Made by a program: the position numbers and the translations under genes
In this document: piece after piece, positions 38,969-47,039 of the stretch
Position numbering within the stretch: position 1 is the stretch's first letter
How the letters are laid out: every line of letters begins with the position of its first letter
Source: a virus
Strand: one strand, 5' to 3'
Length of the DNA: 64,000 bases
Virus record (IMG/VR): IMGVR_UViG_3300020601_000959
Location: 5,188 to 69,187 of that record
Notes under the pieces: model-generated
Databases searched by the model: none
Seen by the model: the letters and a program-made list of their open reading frames with translations, nothing else
Told to the model about the DNA's origin: nothing

Positions 38969-39652
38969 ATGACATCTTATAAAACTGAACATCTTATTGA
39001 ACTTGCTTATGCGGCATATCGTGTTAACAACGGTTATGAAAAGCAAACTCGTCGTTACAGCGAAGGACAACCTACAACTTTTAGCAATAAAGAACTGATC
39101 GCATTCACAGCTCACGGTGAATGGAAACCAGAAGATTTTGTTCCTCTCACTATTAAGGAAGAAGATCGTAAGGCAGCTAAAGAAGGCGAAAAGCATATGC
39201 GCCGCTATACAATGTTAGCGTTAGGCGACCTGCCGCAGTTTGAATCAGATTTATTTGCTGCCTATAGCAGTGACGAAACTAACATTGGTAGAGTAGGATT
39301 AATTGCCTACTTACCAGCGTTTGTTGATAGAGAACTAGCAAACAAAGAATATAAATTACGTTTGAAAACAGAGTTCTCAGAAAGTAAACACCTCAAAGGA
39401 GATAGGCTTGAGCCTACTGAGGTAGAAATATTGAAGGTCATTACATTAAACAGTGACTGGATAACGGAACCAGCATTTATGCACTTTGGTGCTATTGGTA
39501 AAGACTTGGTGTGCTTTACTGTAAAAAATAAATATGCTGTAGGAGATACGTATGACATTGTCGCACGTATAAAAGGGGAGGATCTCGAGCGTGATTCAAA
39601 TACACCAATGACACGCTTAAATTATGTAAAGCTCAGAAAACAGGAGATCTAA
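38969..39652 (+). CDS. Hypothetical protein with possible C-terminal OB fold
   Basis: Promoter TTGACA-17-TATATT at 38894-38922; TRLNYVK ending. Confidence 0.6.
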   Translation: MTSYKTEHLIELAYAAYRVNNGYEKQTRRYSEGQPTTFSNKELIAFTAHGEWKPEDFVPLTIKEEDRKAAKEGEKHMRRYTMLALGDLPQFESDLFAAYSSDETNIGRVGLIAYLPAFVDRELANKEYKLRLKTEFSESKHLKGDRLEPTEVEILKVITLNSDWITEPAFMHFGAIGKDLVCFTVKNKYAVGDTYDIVARIKGEDLERDSNTPMTRLNYVKLRKQEI

Positions 39653-39653
39653 T

Positions 39654-39899
39654 ATGAATCGAGTTACAAAAAAATTCTTAGGCAAAGTATTGCCTCCATT
39701 TGGTATCATGGGTTATGTAATGGTTGTAATGACCTTAAGCACTATGGCACCAACACTAGCATTACAAATTGGTATTCCAATTGTATTTTTACTAGTGCCA
39801 CTTTTTGGTTACATGTTCTATGAATCATGGAAAGATGCTAAACGTGAAGTGGAATGGGAAGATAGAGACTTACTAAGGGACATTGAAAGTAATGTTTAA
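39654..39899 (+). CDS. Small membrane protein
   Basis: Two TM segments, AGGAG RBS. Confidence 0.6.
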   Translation: MNRVTKKFLGKVLPPFGIMGYVMVVMTLSTMAPTLALQIGIPIVFLLVPLFGYMFYESWKDAKREVEWEDRDLLRDIESNV

Positions 39900-41105
39900 T
39901 TACTACAATATTTGGTTAGTTGATGCCGATGGACGCAAAATTAAGCACATCGACACAGTCAAATGTCTAAGCAAAAGCACTGCGGAACAGCAGTGCTTTA
40001 TGCGCTATGGTTCTGCGAGTAAATACAGTGGATGGGGCAGAGACAACTTTAAGGCAGAAGTAGCATGAATATGATGATGTGGATTGGGCTCACGTATATA
40101 GCAGGTTCTTATGCGGGATTTTTATTAGGACGTGGTAAACTTGAAGACGCAATTGATTTAACTATTGATTCATTGATTAACAATGGTTTTTTGCGGCACA
40201 AAAAAAATAAAGATGGCGAAGTAGAAATTATGAAGTGGAATGAAAATGAGTCATGATTATCTAGGTATTGAAGATACTTTAGACGAAGACGATTATGCTG
40301 TAGTTATTGGAAAAGACGGCAGTCTAAAAGGACTGTACATTCCAACGACAGATGAAGAAGCTGAAGTTCCAGAATCAGTTTGTTATTTTCTTAAAAAATA
40401 CTGGGGTATCGATGCTAATGACCCAGAAACATTTCCAACGATACATTGATGACACCTATAGAAATATTTGAATACAAGTTACGTTGGAAACCTGGCTATG
40501 TTGTAAGGTTACACAGTGATGTAGTAGACAAGGGCAAAACTTGGTGTCGTAGAAATTTACAAAGACATCAGTGGAGTATGACAGATTGGACAGGACCATA
40601 CGAACATACTTTTCACTTTGAGGATAAAACAGCAGGGCAAAACTTTGAAATAGAGATGGCCCCGTATGCGAACCAAGAATCTGTCTGAACAACAAATTTA
40701 CGAAATGGGTAAGGCATGGAATGACGCCATCGAAGGCAATCCACTACCTTTTATTACTAACGAAGAGCTAGAATCTAAATATCCAAAGCTAAAACGTTTG
40801 GGAGATAAGTACCGTAGTGAATTAGAAAAATATAGAATATGGGAAGAACTTAAATGACATCTACAAGAACTGAAGCTATCGCACTACTAATTGATTTAGC
40901 TAACCAGATGGAAATCCAAGATAATATAGATTGGGGATTATTAAACATCAAAGAAGCTGATGCGTATGAACTTATGGCTAACAGTGTAGTTGATCAATTT
41001 AATAGTGTAAATCCTGAATATCACCACACAGTGATGATGGCTACTATTGTAAAATTGCTTGTAGAAAATTTTGTGTTAAATCTTAGGATAAGAGGCCAAG
41101 GATGA
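39892..41105 (+). CDS. Run of six small coupled hypothetical ORFs (39892-40068, 40065-40256, 40240-40449, 40446-40688, 40666-40857, 40854-41105)
   Basis: Overlapping start/stop coupling; no recognisable motifs. Confidence 0.55.
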
Positions 41106-41632
41106 TACACAAAGGACATATCAAACCCTCTTGGGATATCGAAGAGTTCAAATCTTTAGACTACAAGTTTGACACTCACAAAGACAATGACTTACTCAAC
41201 GAGTTTGCCAGTGTTGGGCATAGTAAAATGTATATGACATTATACAATTACTTCCAGCCAAATCCTTTACCGCCAGTGGTGTTTGATTATATTGTTCCGC
41301 AGTTTGAAATTACTAATGTTAGTGTAGCAATCAACTTGTTTACACCTGGACAATATCTACCGCTACACGGAGATTTATACGGCAAGTATAAAACATTTCA
41401 CGGATTGAAAAATCAAAACATTAGACGCTTTGTTGTAATGCTAGAAGACAGTGTGCCAGGACAAATCTCGCAAGTGTGTGATCAAACATATGGCAAATGG
41501 CGTGCTGGTGATTGGTTTGGTTGGGACAATGATGATCCACATGCTGTATACAACTTCAGCACCGTATGGCGCTATGGTATACAAATCACTGGTGTGCCTA
41601 AAGAAGAACAAATGGATTTAAATTTAGGTTGA
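41102..41632 (+). CDS. 2OG-Fe(II) oxygenase/cupin-like protein
   Basis: PGQYLPLHGD (HxD) and distal PHAVYN, RYGIQITG. Confidence 0.65.
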   Translation: MIHKGHIKPSWDIEEFKSLDYKFDTHKDNDLLNEFASVGHSKMYMTLYNYFQPNPLPPVVFDYIVPQFEITNVSVAINLFTPGQYLPLHGDLYGKYKTFHGLKNQNIRRFVVMLEDSVPGQISQVCDQTYGKWRAGDWFGWDNDDPHAVYNFSTVWRYGIQITGVPKEEQMDLNLG

Positions 41633-41659
41633 CAAATACCAAATTTGCTGTTATAAATA
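41629..41659 (+). promoter_or_regulatory. Composite early/late promoter
   Basis: TTGACA-17-TATAAATA. Confidence 0.7.
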
Positions 41660-41687
41660 ATGTGTATTAACATCTAAGGATAGGCAA

Positions 41688-42188
41688 ATGAAAAGGTCAC
41701 TTTCTACAGTAGCAGCCCTCGCACTAATGGCTACCACAGCATCAGCTGAAACAAGGTATGCTACTATTACAAATATTAAAACTAATTATCAGGAAATTAC
41801 AACCAACCAACCAGTAAACATCTGTAGCGATGTTGAAGTGCCAATCTATGGCAACACTGGCGGAGGCGCATCAGGTGGTGATGTGCTAACTGGTATGATT
41901 ATTGGTGGTTTGCTAGGCAAAGGTGCTACAGGCAAAGACAATGGCGCTGCCGCAGGTGCTGTAATTGGCGGCATTATCGCTGCTGATCAGAATAAAGGAC
42001 AACGTGTAATCACAGGTTACAGAGTCGAACGCCAATGTAGACAAGAAAATCGTTACACCACACAACGTCAAGTCAAAAACTATCGTATCACATACGAATG
42101 GGATGGTGTGCGAGCAAGTAGTTATACCTACAATAGATATAACGTAGGTGATCGTATTCCAGTTTCAGTGAGCATTGTAGCACAATGA
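41688..42188 (+). CDS. Glycine-zipper 2TM envelope protein
   Basis: Signal peptide, GMIIGGLLG...GAVIGGII, PVSV end. Confidence 0.8.
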   Translation: MKRSLSTVAALALMATTASAETRYATITNIKTNYQEITTNQPVNICSDVEVPIYGNTGGGASGGDVLTGMIIGGLLGKGATGKDNGAAAGAVIGGIIAADQNKGQRVITGYRVERQCRQENRYTTQRQVKNYRITYEWDGVRASSYTYNRYNVGDRIPVSVSIVAQ

Positions 42189-42406
42189 GTGGATACAAAA
42201 TTGATGAGGTAATAGGTTTACTATACCAAATCAATCTGCGTCTAAAGCGTATCGAAGACCATATGGAACTTGACGAGCAGGAACTAGAAGACATTCTTAA
42301 ACAATTAGATGAAGAATTATCTACACCTCCTGCTCAAACCAAACCTAAGTTGACTGTGGTCAAAGATGAACCTGATGATAACGTGTTTGAGTTTATACCT
42401 CGGTGA
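42185..42406 (+). CDS. Hypothetical protein
   Basis: ATGA coupling; KLTVVK..NVFEF tail; stop lies inside tRNA-Ser. Confidence 0.55.
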   Translation: MSGYKIDEVIGLLYQINLRLKRIEDHMELDEQELEDILKQLDEELSTPPAQTKPKLTVVKDEPDDNVFEFIPR

Positions 42407-42491
42407 CGTGGCTGAGTGGTCGAAAGCACCTCCCTGCTAAGGAGGCGTACCTTAACGGGTACCCAGGGTTCGAATCCCTGCGTCACCGCCA
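42402..42491 (+). tRNA. tRNA-Ser(GCT)
   Basis: GGTGACG/CGTCACC acceptor, CCTCC-CTGCTAA-GGAGG, long variable arm, TTCGAAT, G-CCA. Confidence 0.96.
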
Positions 42492-42508
42492 GTATAAATA
42501 CTCGTGTT

Positions 42509-42584
42509 GCCCCTATAGCTCAGCTGGTAGAGCAACTGATTTGTAATCAGTAGGTCCGCGGTTCGAGTCCGTGTGGGGGCACCA
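42509..42584 (+). tRNA. tRNA-Thr(TGT)
   Basis: GCCCCTA/TGGGGGC, ACTGA-TTTGTAA-TCAGT, TTCGAGT, CCA; TATAAATA at 42493-42500. Confidence 0.96.
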
Positions 42585-42596
42585 TTAGGAGGACAA

Positions 42597-43193
42597 ATGT
42601 CATTATATATCAATCGTACTGCTACTCAAAAAGGATTAACCTTTGTCCACATTCCAAAGTGTGCTGGGTCTAGCATAAAATATGCTTTGAAAGAAGCATT
42701 TCCTGAAGCAGTTGATACAAATTTTCATCACAACATTGGAAACAAAAATTTAAAAACATACTGGTCGTTTGCTGTGTTTAGAGACCCAATACAACGTGCT
42801 CTAAGTATGTATAACGAAGTATTTAACGTTTTATCAAGTCGTCCAAAAACATTAGAAAAAATTACAAAACTTTCAGCAAACGATATATACGACAATATTA
42901 CGTTTGATATATTTGTACAACAATGGTTTAATCAATCAATAAATGGTATTAAACCTAGCAAAGAACAGGTAAGATACATTAGCAATGACAGTGGAATAGT
43001 AGTAGATAAAGTTATTCCGTTTCATAAACTTACTGAACAATGGGCTGAAATTGAGGATTTTTGTAAAAAAGACATTCCTCTGCCAAAATTACGTGTTGGA
43101 AAATTTAAAACAATCAAAATGGAAGATACAACAAAGACTATACTTGAACAGTACTATGCTAAAGATATTCAATACTGGAACACAATAAAATAA
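42597..43193 (+). CDS. Sulfotransferase family 2-like protein
   Basis: FVHIPKCAGSSI, FRDPIQRALSMY, YYAKD; start after AGGAGG. Confidence 0.8.
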   Translation: MSLYINRTATQKGLTFVHIPKCAGSSIKYALKEAFPEAVDTNFHHNIGNKNLKTYWSFAVFRDPIQRALSMYNEVFNVLSSRPKTLEKITKLSANDIYDNITFDIFVQQWFNQSINGIKPSKEQVRYISNDSGIVVDKVIPFHKLTEQWAEIEDFCKKDIPLPKLRVGKFKTIKMEDTTKTILEQYYAKDIQYWNTIK

Positions 43194-43196
43194 CTT

Positions 43197-44699
43197 ATGC
43201 GGCACATCATAATATTCAATCAAAGTATAATGGGAAGAAGAAGCAGCGGAGCATACAAGGCTGCGGAAAGTTTTCGTGACCGTGGATTTGATACAGAAAT
43301 TGTAGAATTTTTAGAACATTGGAACTTTGAAGATTTAAAAAGTTATCTAAGAAAAATAATTCATCACGATACTGTTGGTTTTGGATTTAGTTATACATGG
43401 ATGACTAGCGGTAAAGTCAGAGAACTTACAAGTTGGCTACAAAATAATTATCCAGGTAGAAAATACTTTGCTGGAGGCCAACAACCTTTTCAAGAATACG
43501 AAGGATTCGAATTAGTTTGTACAGGATTTTTTGAAAAGGCTGCTGATGATATCATCGATTATCTTTTTAATGATAAAAAAGAACCGCCAAAACACAAAAT
43601 GATACACAACGGTAGAACTATGTTGATAAATGGTGATACTGACTATCCGTCTCATAGTATGCCAGACTTGACTGTGCGTTACTCTTACAGTGATTATATA
43701 TCACCACATGAAGCACTGACAATTGAGTTAAGTCGTGGTTGTAGGTTTAAATGTAAATATTGTAGCTATGCTTTTTTAGGATTGAAAAACAGCACATACA
43801 GAAACAAAGAAAATGTAAAAGCAGAATTAATTTACAACTACGAAACCTATGGAACTAAAAATTACATTATAGCTGACCCTACTGTAAACGATGACGATGA
43901 CAAGTTACGCATGTTGGGAGAGGTAGTATCGGAGTTACCCTTTGTGCCTAATTTTTCAGCATTTGTTAGAGTTGATTTAGTTGTAGTTAGACCTTACCAA
44001 ATGGAACTAATGGCAAAGGCACGTATTTGGGCACATTTTTATGGTGTCGAAACCTTTCATCCAGCAGCAGCTAAAGCAGTTGGTAAAGGCATGCCGCCAC
44101 AAAAAATAAAAAAATGTCTAAAAGATATGCGTAAATATTTTTTAGATCATCTTGGATTGTATAGAGGAACAATAGGATTAATTGCTGGATTACCAGGGGA
44201 AGATAAAAAAAGTTGGCAAACCACACAGCGTTGGATGAAAAAACATTGGAAAACAGAATCATGGCATTGGTGGCCTTTAGATATAACAGATGATAGCGAC
44301 AACGATAATATCAACAGCTTGTTCAGTCGTAATCCAGAAAAGTACGGTTATCGTCCTATGAAAGACAAAAATAAAATAGATCTTATCAAACATCAGTTTT
44401 CTCAATTTGGTAAACTTACACATCATAAAGTAGACGATGAATACTTTTTTTGGCAAAATGATACCACTGATTTCTACGAAGCAGTCTACTGGTGTAGTGA
44501 AATGTTCCAACCTGAAAATATTTTTACCTATGATGGAAATTTTTACTTAATGAATAGATTAAGTAGTGTTGATAAGTTACAAGATGCTTTAAAATTAAAA
44601 CTTAACATATGGGATGGCAAAACAATAGATACATCTACAGATCCTGAATCTCATACAATTTATGTAAAACGCAAGATAGAAAGCAAGCATAACCAATGA
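43197..44699 (+). CDS. B12-binding-type radical SAM protein
   Basis: ELSRGCRFKCKYC, GVETF, GLIAGLPGE. Confidence 0.85.
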   Translation: MRHIIIFNQSIMGRRSSGAYKAAESFRDRGFDTEIVEFLEHWNFEDLKSYLRKIIHHDTVGFGFSYTWMTSGKVRELTSWLQNNYPGRKYFAGGQQPFQEYEGFELVCTGFFEKAADDIIDYLFNDKKEPPKHKMIHNGRTMLINGDTDYPSHSMPDLTVRYSYSDYISPHEALTIELSRGCRFKCKYCSYAFLGLKNSTYRNKENVKAELIYNYETYGTKNYIIADPTVNDDDDKLRMLGEVVSELPFVPNFSAFVRVDLVVVRPYQMELMAKARIWAHFYGVETFHPAAAKAVGKGMPPQKIKKCLKDMRKYFLDHLGLYRGTIGLIAGLPGEDKKSWQTTQRWMKKHWKTESWHWWPLDITDDSDNDNINSLFSRNPEKYGYRPMKDKNKIDLIKHQFSQFGKLTHHKVDDEYFFWQNDTTDFYEAVYWCSEMFQPENIFTYDGNFYLMNRLSSVDKLQDALKLKLNIWDGKTIDTSTDPESHTIYVKRKIESKHNQ

Positions 44700-45481
44700 G
44701 AGTTGATCAAAAAACAAACATGTTTCAATTAGCTTGCTACATAGGCGGACCATTGGTGTTGATTTTTAACTTCAACGCAGCATACTTATTTGGTTCGTGG
44801 TTATTTTCATGGATAGTAGTACATGTTGGAATCAGTATGGGATTACACCGTTGTTTTTCACACAAATCTTGGGAACCAAAAAATAAGTTTATTCTTGTGG
44901 TGTTACATTTCTTGTCTGTAATTAACACAGTTGGTCCTAGTATTCCGTGGACTGCTACACATAGAGTACATCACAAATATTCAGACACTGATAAAGATCC
45001 GCACTGTATTAAAGATTCTACTGTATGGCAAAAATTTAAATTATGGCATAATTTTGTTCCTTATCATCATGTAAGTCCAAGGATAGTGATTGATTTACTA
45101 AGAGATCCGTATCATAAATTTTTTAACAAGTATTATTTTCATATGTTAGTTGGCTGGGGACTGTTATTATTTGCTATTAGTCCTGACCTGTTTATGTATG
45201 GATATCTAGTAAGCACAATGTTTTGTTTACATACCATATCGTGGATTACAGTAGGTGCCCATATGTTTGGCCATAAAGATACTGACACACACGATGATTC
45301 TAAAAACACATTTATTATGGGGTTATACTCTTGGGGAGAAGGCTGGCACAACAATCATCATGCGGCGCCATGGAGTTATGCGTTTGGATGGAACCGTAAG
45401 CAACCTGACTTTGGCAAATGGTTGATTGAAAAATTAGCAAAACCTGATTCGCTTAAAGGTGTGAATTATTATGATAAATGA
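44696..45481 (+). CDS. Acyl-CoA/fatty acid desaturase (delta-9 type)
   Basis: His boxes HRCFSH, HRVHH, GEGWHNNHH. Confidence 0.92.
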   Translation: MRVDQKTNMFQLACYIGGPLVLIFNFNAAYLFGSWLFSWIVVHVGISMGLHRCFSHKSWEPKNKFILVVLHFLSVINTVGPSIPWTATHRVHHKYSDTDKDPHCIKDSTVWQKFKLWHNFVPYHHVSPRIVIDLLRDPYHKFFNKYYFHMLVGWGLLLFAISPDLFMYGYLVSTMFCLHTISWITVGAHMFGHKDTDTHDDSKNTFIMGLYSWGEGWHNNHHAAPWSYAFGWNRKQPDFGKWLIEKLAKPDSLKGVNYYDK

Positions 45482-46115
45482 AATTGTATCTTCGGGTAGA
45501 GTAAGATTACATGTATTTGATCATGACAATGTTGAATTTGAAAAAGTAAGACAACAGTGCCTACAAGAAGATAATTGGCTACGTGAAAATTACACAAAAG
45601 ATCGTTGTGTAATTGAAGATCACAAATTGTTTTGGATCGCTTACTTAGACGACAAACTTTGGCATTTCAGCGGTTTGCTTGAATTATCTCCACATGTAGC
45701 TAGAATACTCAACAGAACTTATATGTTTCCTGAATGGCGTAGTCCAAGACAAATTACATATCATCATGATCAACTAGCTAACCATGTAATTCCATTGGTA
45801 GAACAAGTGTTAGGCTTTGAATATGATTTACTGTTTTTCAGTATGCAAAGACGCAAGCGTGGATATCAAATTGAAAAACAACCTTGGTGGGAAAATGTTA
45901 AACGTAGTTGGATGAGCGTCACAGACAAATGGCAATCGTTTGATGATGGGCTAGTTAGAATATATCCAGACGAACAAGAAAGTTGTTATCAAAATGTGAT
46001 TTATAAAAGCAATGGATATACATTAAAGGACTGGGGTCCGCGAATTATTACATATAATGAATATATAGAAAAATTTTACAAAAAAGATGAAGATTTTTTT
46101 GTTTCTTGGCAATAA
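45471..46115 (+). CDS. Hypothetical protein (possible GNAT-like)
   Basis: ARILNRTYMFPEWR. Confidence 0.5.
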   Translation: MINEIVSSGRVRLHVFDHDNVEFEKVRQQCLQEDNWLRENYTKDRCVIEDHKLFWIAYLDDKLWHFSGLLELSPHVARILNRTYMFPEWRSPRQITYHHDQLANHVIPLVEQVLGFEYDLLFFSMQRRKRGYQIEKQPWWENVKRSWMSVTDKWQSFDDGLVRIYPDEQESCYQNVIYKSNGYTLKDWGPRIITYNEYIEKFYKKDEDFFVSWQ

Positions 46116-46120
46116 AATGG

Positions 46121-46149
46121 TTGACAACGGTGTAATAGTTTGCTATATT
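46121..46149 (+). promoter_or_regulatory. Sigma70 promoter for the ncRNA/tRNA region
   Basis: TTGACA-17-TATATT with extended TG. Confidence 0.75.
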
Positions 46150-46180
46150 ATAAACATAACAAAGACGACGGTCCTAGTTA

Positions 46181-46366
46181 GATAGTGCAAGGAAACGATG
46201 CTTACCCAGGCATTAACTTGACTCACACGCTGTGGTGGCGCTGTAAGACTTTGGAGACAAAGCATTGCAGAAAAAGTAGGATTAACCATTCTATTGTGAG
46301 GTTCCGTGTTGTTTTGAGCCTGATGGGGCATAACGCGGTTGTTGGTAATCAGTAGTCCAACCTATC
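46181..46366 (+). ncRNA. Highly structured ~190 nt RNA of unassigned family
   Basis: Closing GATAG/CTATC, CTCACA/TGTGAG multiloop, CTTTG-GAGA-CAAAG, CCGTGTTGT/ATAACGCGG, GTTGG/CCAAC; no credible ORF. Confidence 0.7.
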
Positions 46367-46395
46367 ACATATAAATACAACGAAGGAATTTTAAC

Positions 46396-46458
46396 ATGTT
46401 CAAGACTAACACAATATGTATAATATGTTGGCCACCAGGAGATTGGGGTATGTCTTGA
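46396..46458 (+). CDS. Attenuator leader peptide MFKTNTICIICWPPGDWGMS
   Basis: TATAAATA 46370-46377, AAGGA RBS, 20 codons incl. ATA x3, TGT x2, TGG x2, CCA x2, overlapping the antiterminator. Confidence 0.75.
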   Translation: MFKTNTICIICWPPGDWGMS

Positions 46459-46521
46459 CATGACTTTATAAAAAAGTTATTTCAACAGCCCCTAGCATTA
46501 AATTTGTTAGGGGCTTTTTTT
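46430..46521 (+). terminator. Attenuator: alternative 1:2, 2:3 (antiterminator) and 3:4 (terminator) hairpins
   Basis: Terminator AGCCCCTAGCA/TGTTAGGGGCT plus T tract (46487-46521); antiterminator GGGGT..TTGA..ATGACTTT/AAAGTTAT..TCAA..GCCCC (46445-46492). Confidence 0.8.
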
Positions 46522-46523
46522 AT

Positions 46524-46599
46524 AACTACACTACACCTTACTGCAATAAGGTGTCGTTGCAGAGACAGAGGCCTCGAAAGGGCTAAAGATAGTGTAGTT
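46524..46599 (+). ncRNA. Compact structured RNA element before tRNA-Trp
   Basis: 10-bp closing stem AACTACACTA/TAGTGTAGTT, CACCTTA/TAAGGTG hairpin whose loop CTGCAA complements TTGCAG, and a GAAA-loop hairpin. Confidence 0.6.
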
Positions 46600-46616
46600 T
46601 TAAAAAAAGTTTTTAA

Positions 46617-46701
46617 GCAGGTGCGCTACAGTCGGAGAGGTAGGCTGGTCTCCAAAACCAGTGCGTTAGCTGAGCGAGTTCGAATCTCGCCACCTGTGCC
46701 A
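46617..46701 (+). tRNA. tRNA-Trp(CCA) with enlarged variable arm
   Basis: GCAGGTG/CACCTGT, CTGGT-CTCCAAA-ACCAG, GCGAG-TTCGAAT-CTCGC, G-CCA. Confidence 0.88.
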
Positions 46702-46703
46702 AT

Positions 46704-46781
46704 CGGGGCTTGGGAAAGTCTGGTCAATCCGCCTGTTTTGGGAACAGGAAATCGCTGGTTCGAATCCAGCAGCCCCGACCA
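46704..46781 (+). tRNA. tRNA-Pro(TGG)
   Basis: CGGGGCT/AGCCCCG, CCTGT-TTTGGGA-ACAGG, TTCGAAT, A-CCA. Confidence 0.93.
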
Positions 46782-46787
46782 AATAAT

Positions 46788-46862
46788 GCGCTTGTAGTTC
46801 AGTGGTAGAACCGTCCGCTCATAACGGATCAGTCGGGAGTTCGAATCTCTCCGGGCGCACCA
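46788..46862 (+). tRNA. tRNA-CAT, probably Ile2 (lysidine, reads AUA)
   Basis: GCGCTTG/CGGGCGC, GTCCG-CTCATAA-CGGAT; no C1:A72 mismatch or GGG/CCC of initiator; body resembles alphaproteobacterial Ile2. Confidence 0.8.
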
Positions 46863-46884
46863 TATTTCCTTAATAAATATTGGC

Positions 46885-47037
46885 ATGTTCAAAGCAACCA
46901 AAGAAACTATTTGGCATCTCACATGTATAAAATGTAAAAACTGGTTCACATATGCTACAATGGAAAAAATGTGTATAGACAGGTACACGTTTCATTGTCC
47001 ACATTGTGGATCAAAGGGTAAAGTTACTCCGGAGTGA
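46885..47037 (+). CDS. Zinc-ribbon protein (50 aa, absent from ORF track)
   Basis: CIKC...CPHCG; ATAAATA upstream. Confidence 0.65.
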   Translation: MFKATKETIWHLTCIKCKNWFTYATMEKMCIDRYTFHCPHCGSKGKVTPE

Positions 47038-47039
47038 TA

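Noticed and set aside
42573-42596. ORF-track N-terminal extensions (42573, 5089, 4043, 38894, 34786)
   Set aside because: They overlap a tRNA, upstream genes or TTGACA promoter boxes; downstream ATGs with RBS fit better
46524-46599. HDV-like/theta ribozyme call
   Set aside because: The 3' half (GG-P4-CUAA-stem) is suggestive, but I could not build a G-initiated P1 or a canonical P3/L3 with P1.1, and it lies 5' rather than 3' of a tRNA
46788-46862. Initiator tRNA-fMet
   Set aside because: Paired 1:72 and no GGG/CCC anticodon stem; Ile2 preferred, though elongator Met is not fully excluded
46504-46988. ORFs 46504-46797 (+) and 46626-46988 (-)
   Set aside because: They run through the terminator and three tRNA genes; spurious translations
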